Shown here piece after piece: positions 59,889-64,000 of a DNA stretch of 64,000 bases. This DNA is from Myxococcota bacterium (lineage in GTDB: Bacteria > Myxococcota_A > SURF-8), in NCBI GenBank assembly GCA_963674735.2, contig CAXXQS010000001.1:32001-96000 (forward strand). Reading direction: 5' to 3'. Position 1 is the first letter of the stretch, and each line of letters opens with the position of its first letter. The notes under the pieces were generated by a model that was given only the letters and a program-made list of their open reading frames with translations, was not told the DNA's origin and made no database searches. Position numbers and translations under genes: made by a program.

Positions 59889-61867
59889 CTACCTGATTCT
59901 CTTCTTTCTTTTTCTTGTTACAAGATATGAGGCGACAAGTACAAACAATAAGACTGAAGAATCTTTGGTGGTTTGACAACCGCTCTCACTGACGACTTCG
60001 CCGCTTTCATCTTCATTGTTTTCATCACCCTCTGCGTGAGTGTCATAATCTCCATCCACGGTCTCGCTTTTATCTTCTTCTGCCATTTCACGTTCGTTAT
60101 CCATATCATTATCGTCGTCAGTTTCAACGATTTCTTGTTCCTCGTCGCCATCTAGACTTGTATCATAATCACCGTCCACGGTTTCGCTATTGTCTTCTTC
60201 TGCCATTTCCAATTCGTCATCCATTTCCTCGTCAAAATCGGCATCGCCATCAGCCTCTTCCAAATCACACAACGTTCCTGTCCAGCCGTTCGTGCAAGCA
60301 CAGGTGCCATCGCCTTCTAAGCCATCATTGCAACTCCCGTTTACGCATGCCGGACACGAAGTGCAATTATCTCCATAGTAATCGTCTTCACATTTATCGC
60401 AAAGCTCATCATCCCAGCCGTTTTCACAAACACAGGTGCCATCGCCTTCGAGGTCGTCGTTGCAACTGCCGTTGACGCATGCCGGACACGGAGTGCAGCT
60501 TGAGCCGTAGTAGTTGTCGGCACAGCTATCACAGGGGTTTCCAATCCATCCTGTATTACAGTCACAATTTCCGCCGGAACCACACGTGCCGTTTTCACAA
60601 TCGCCTACCTTGCAGCAAACGCTATCCACACAATAACCGGATTCGCAGATAATGCTTGATTCACAGGGTCCACCCGATCCAAGTCTAAATTCATAAGCTC
60701 CCAGGTCGCATGTAGAACCACGGGGATACAAGCGTTGATCTGTCTTGAAATAATGGGGCAACTCGGTATCGTTCATAAAATTATATGTGTATGAGGTTCC
60801 ACAATCCCCTGCATTGATTGCCACAGAATCAGGATTTAAAGCATGTGTAAAAGTGTTTCCACCATTGTCCGCTATTTCATCGATTTTGGCATCGACATTA
60901 CAAGCAAAACCCATTGATGAAGAGTTACAAGCAGAGGTAAAGTCATAATCGGACGATGTGTTGCTTATCAATACATTGCCAGCCTCCGTAATATTGGTAG
61001 CACAAATATCCGGGTAGCTACCCGATAGGCCTACCACATTTTCGGCAATGATCGAATCATAAATCGTACAGTCAGCAATGCTCAGTCCGGCACAGGCATT
61101 GTTCGCATAATTATTTATAATGGAACTGCCATATAGATTCAAAGTGCCATAGATCTGGTTGTCATTTCGATTATAATTCTCTATTCCTCCGCCAAATCCT
61201 CCTTGGGCGATATTGCCTGAAATTGTAGTGTTAATAATATGGGCTATTCCCAGGTTGTATATTCCCTCTCCGTCAAAACTTGCTTTATTTGTTAATATTG
61301 CACCAGTTGGCCTATTATAACACTCACCTGATCAGAGATGTAAAAACCGCCGCCATGGCAGCCGTGACAAAAAGCATTCTGTATAATTATATTTTCGAAT
61401 CTGGCCGGATTAAAGTAGTAATCTGCAGAATGACCATTTTCGATTATCTCAAACATTCTGTCTTTATCTGACGGTACTCCCGTATCTTTGTTCCCTTCCA
61501 GTATCGTCATTCCGATTTTTTAGAACCAATTATTGCAAGCGGTTTCTTGATATCGAAATCACCGGTTAGATTATTATCCTCGGAAGGACCTTCCAGGGTG
61601 ATTGTGATCGTACCTGCTGGAACATAAATAGTTGCAGAAGTACAGGACGAACCGTAAGAACAGTTATCAACTGCATAACCATTGTTGACAGAAGATATCG
61701 CCTCACGCAAGCTGCAATCACCATCGAATAGATATTCATCATCCAATGTCGTTACATTTATGGAGCAGCTGGCCGCCTGTACGTTGCTTGATAATAAGAA
61801 ACCCGACATTGCAGTATAAACAAACAACAGAATTACCGTTTTTCCAGAATTTGGAAGTGAAATTCAT
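59889..61867 (-). CDS. CSLREA / choice-of-anchor-Q-like surface protein with EGF-like repeats and C-terminal sorting signal; split by several apparent frameshifts
   Basis: Fragments 61507-61827 (DGDCSLREAI, TGDFDI), 61292-61510 and 59889-61142 (DNGG.T.T.AL...S.AINAG, TDQR..PR...CD.GAYE; SGC-hydrophobic-RKRKKR); AT-rich. Confidence 0.75.
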
Positions 61868-62178
61868 GCCATTACCCTTTCTTGAATACAGCTGGAAGAA
61901 AAGTATTACATGTTTTTATTGCTTATGTGGAATTCGAACAACAGCGGGAAATACCCATCAGCAGGATGCTCAGTTGTAACAAAATGTATAGTAAAATGAT
62001 CATTTCTCCCTGTCAAGCGGCTTTTGATAACTGGGGTAAGCCTAAACGGTTTCACTGTTTATTTTGTGTGTTTACTATCTTGAAAGTTACGCTAAATTTC
62101 TGTTATACTTACAACATCTTGGCTGGTTCTCAGCCGAAAGCGTGGAGCTATTTTTTGAGTGACAATTTGGAGGTATTG

Positions 62179-62793
62179 ATGCGCTTACGCGTCGATGTTG
62201 AGCAGTATCTGCGCGAATTCTCTCTGCTCTCGCGGGACTTCATTTTCGATGAAACCTTAGGCGTCATTCGTGGCAACTTGTCGGGTACGGAGGTCGAGTT
62301 GCGCATTCGTCCCAATCGACGTCCGGTCGCGCCCGTCATGGAACTGCAGATCCGCCAGCCTCTTCCGCAAGCTCCGGTATTTGCCGCCTCGCCGATCAGC
62401 GCACATTTAGCCAAGCGCACCGTCGGTCGCCTTGGCGATGGCATGACCGTCACCCTCGCCATTGATTGGTTCAGCCGCACCTTCAATTACGCCAACCTGC
62501 AAGTCGAAGATCCGGCCGGTCCTTATCAGTGTTTCAAACCGATCGATCGTCACAGCTATACGGATGTCGCCGACTTTCTCAATCGCTCACGCGCCCGTAC
62601 GCTGATCAGCCGCTTGATACGCCATTTTCCCGAAGTAGTGGTCTCCAAGGCCGGGGTTCGCCTCGAATTGCCATTCGAGGACGAGGAGGATCTCAAGGCG
62701 CTTGTCAGTCCCGCGCACCGTTTTCGAATCGGCGCGTCTGGCCGTTCTTTTAGCCCACGAAGTGTAGGTCAATCCCAATCGCCATCGTCCTGA
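62179..62793 (+). CDS. Hypothetical protein
   Basis: GGAGG RBS before ATG 62179; host-like codon usage. Confidence 0.6.
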   Translation: MRLRVDVEQYLREFSLLSRDFIFDETLGVIRGNLSGTEVELRIRPNRRPVAPVMELQIRQPLPQAPVFAASPISAHLAKRTVGRLGDGMTVTLAIDWFSRTFNYANLQVEDPAGPYQCFKPIDRHSYTDVADFLNRSRARTLISRLIRHFPEVVVSKAGVRLELPFEDEEDLKALVSPAHRFRIGASGRSFSPRSVGQSQSPSS

Positions 62794-62883
62794 AAAGGGG
62801 GCATTGCGGGGCTTTCCGCCGCGTGATGGGTGCGTCTGTGGAACACCTTTCCCGAGGGGTAAAGGCCGGTTCTACCGCTCCAC

Positions 62884-62914
62884 AAAAAAAAACGCCGGGG
62901 ACGTCCCGGCGTTT
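62884..62914 (-). terminator. Rho-independent terminator
   Basis: aaacgccggg-gacgt-cccggcgttt with a T-run on the - strand. Confidence 0.75.
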
Positions 62915-62934
62915 CGATAGCTTGAAGCGATAAG

Positions 62935-64000
62935 CTAGAACTTGATCAGGATGGCGTTGGGATTATCGAAGACCGGCCCGGTCGGTTCATCGTCGCCGCC
63001 ATCGCTGCCTTTAAAGCCCTAAAACCACGCCGGTGGTGACACCGCCCGCTACCACGACGCCGATGATGGTCCAGAACCACCAGGTAGCGTAGAAGGGGGG
63101 TCGCGGCGGCGGCGACGGTCTGTTCGGGCGGAATGTAGGTGCTCATCCACTCGGTTTCATCGGACAGCAGGCGCTCCACGAAGATATACGTCCCGTTGGC
63201 GACGTCTTCCGCCGCAAGATCGATGCGGGTGTTGGCGTTCTTATAGCGCTCACCCGCCACGTCGTAGTAGTAGCCGTCCAGTTCCACCATGCCCGACTGC
63301 TCGCTGACCTGCACCAGCATCAAGTAGTCCTCATTCATGCTTTCGCTGAGGTTCTGCACCGGCTCCCAGATGCGCTTGTGCTGCAACTCGCCCTTCATCG
63401 GAAGGATTTCGGGGCTGTAACTGAAGTAACGGGAAATCTGCTTCATCTGCACGTTGAGCTTTTTGGAGACGCCCTGATAAAGCGTCATCTTGGAGTAGTA
63501 GTCCTGATAGCCGGGCTGTTTGACTTTGATGTAGTGCTCGCTCGCCGACATGTTGTCGATTTTGAGCGGGCTCAAGCCACGGAAGTAACCGTCGATGAAA
63601 ATCGGCAGACCGTTCGGGCTGGAGGTGACCGTCAAGCTGGCGGTGGGGGCGTCGCGCAAGTCGTCGCGGGCCATATTGAAAGCCTCGCGCACTTCGTTGG
63701 GGAAGTTGATGTCGCCCAACGTCGCGTTGGGATTCCATTGCAGCATCCGGGTGAAAACTTTTTCGCCTTCTTCGCTGTCGCCATCGAGTACGTAAGAAGC
63801 GCCGAGATATAGCATGGCACTTTCAACGGAGGCGCGGTGCTCGGGATATTCCATCACTGGACCATAGGCCGCGATGGCGTCGATGCTGTCGTCGATGGCG
63901 ATATCGAATTCGTTGTTGTCGTACGACTGCCGCGCGCTTTTCGCCAAGGAGGCGGCTTTTTTGGCGGTGCTGTCTTCACCGACGGCGGAACGGTCGTCCA
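62935..64000 (-). CDS. PEGA-domain protein, 5' end outside window; apparent frameshifts near the 3' end
   Basis: LTVTSSP.G..IFIDG..RG.SPL, H.IKV..PGY; C-terminal PFY..WWFWT-TM motif lies in a shifted frame after the G6 run at 63095-63100. Confidence 0.8.

Noticed and set aside
59889-61867. Calling the CSLREA gene a true pseudogene
   Set aside because: At least some breaks coincide with homopolymer runs; cannot be distinguished from assembly error without reads
1-64000. tRNA, rRNA, known riboswitches, defence operons, prophage genes
   Set aside because: No recognisable signatures by eye; an Infernal/HMM scan would be needed to exclude them fully

Overview
GC-rich bacterial chromosomal window, most consistent with a Myxococcota/deltaproteobacterial-type genome. 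That placement is inferred from the Cys-rich and Asp-rich lipoproteins, a MYXO-CTERM-like tail and a sigma54 promoter. The window holds about 45 mostly unlinked genes. Many are predicted lipoproteins with an acidic 'DGD' linker (glycoside hydrolases, phosphoesterases, C45 peptidase, esterase, Cys-rich repeat proteins). Recognisable housekeeping/metabolic genes are comM/yifB, aqpZ, an oadA-like carboxyltransferase, MscS, xfp, tesB, kce, an RRM protein and an HDAC-family deacetylase. No rRNA, tRNA or CRISPR array was seen. The best-supported highlight is a complete IS110 element (11350-12527). From sequence alone one can read its CT cores, its circle-junction promoter (TTGACA-N17-TATTAT) and bridge-RNA-like target/donor guides, and it is inserted in, and programmed against, a GTAG REP that recurs in the window. 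Other mobile/repeat signals are an IS4 element inserted with a 12-bp duplication into another palindrome, a 183-bp REPIN-carrying MITE (2 copies) and a displaced comM fragment ending at the AMNPCPCG motif. Two distant intergenic regions also share unexplained motifs at conserved spacing. Several frameshifts sit in homopolymers and are probably sequencing errors.
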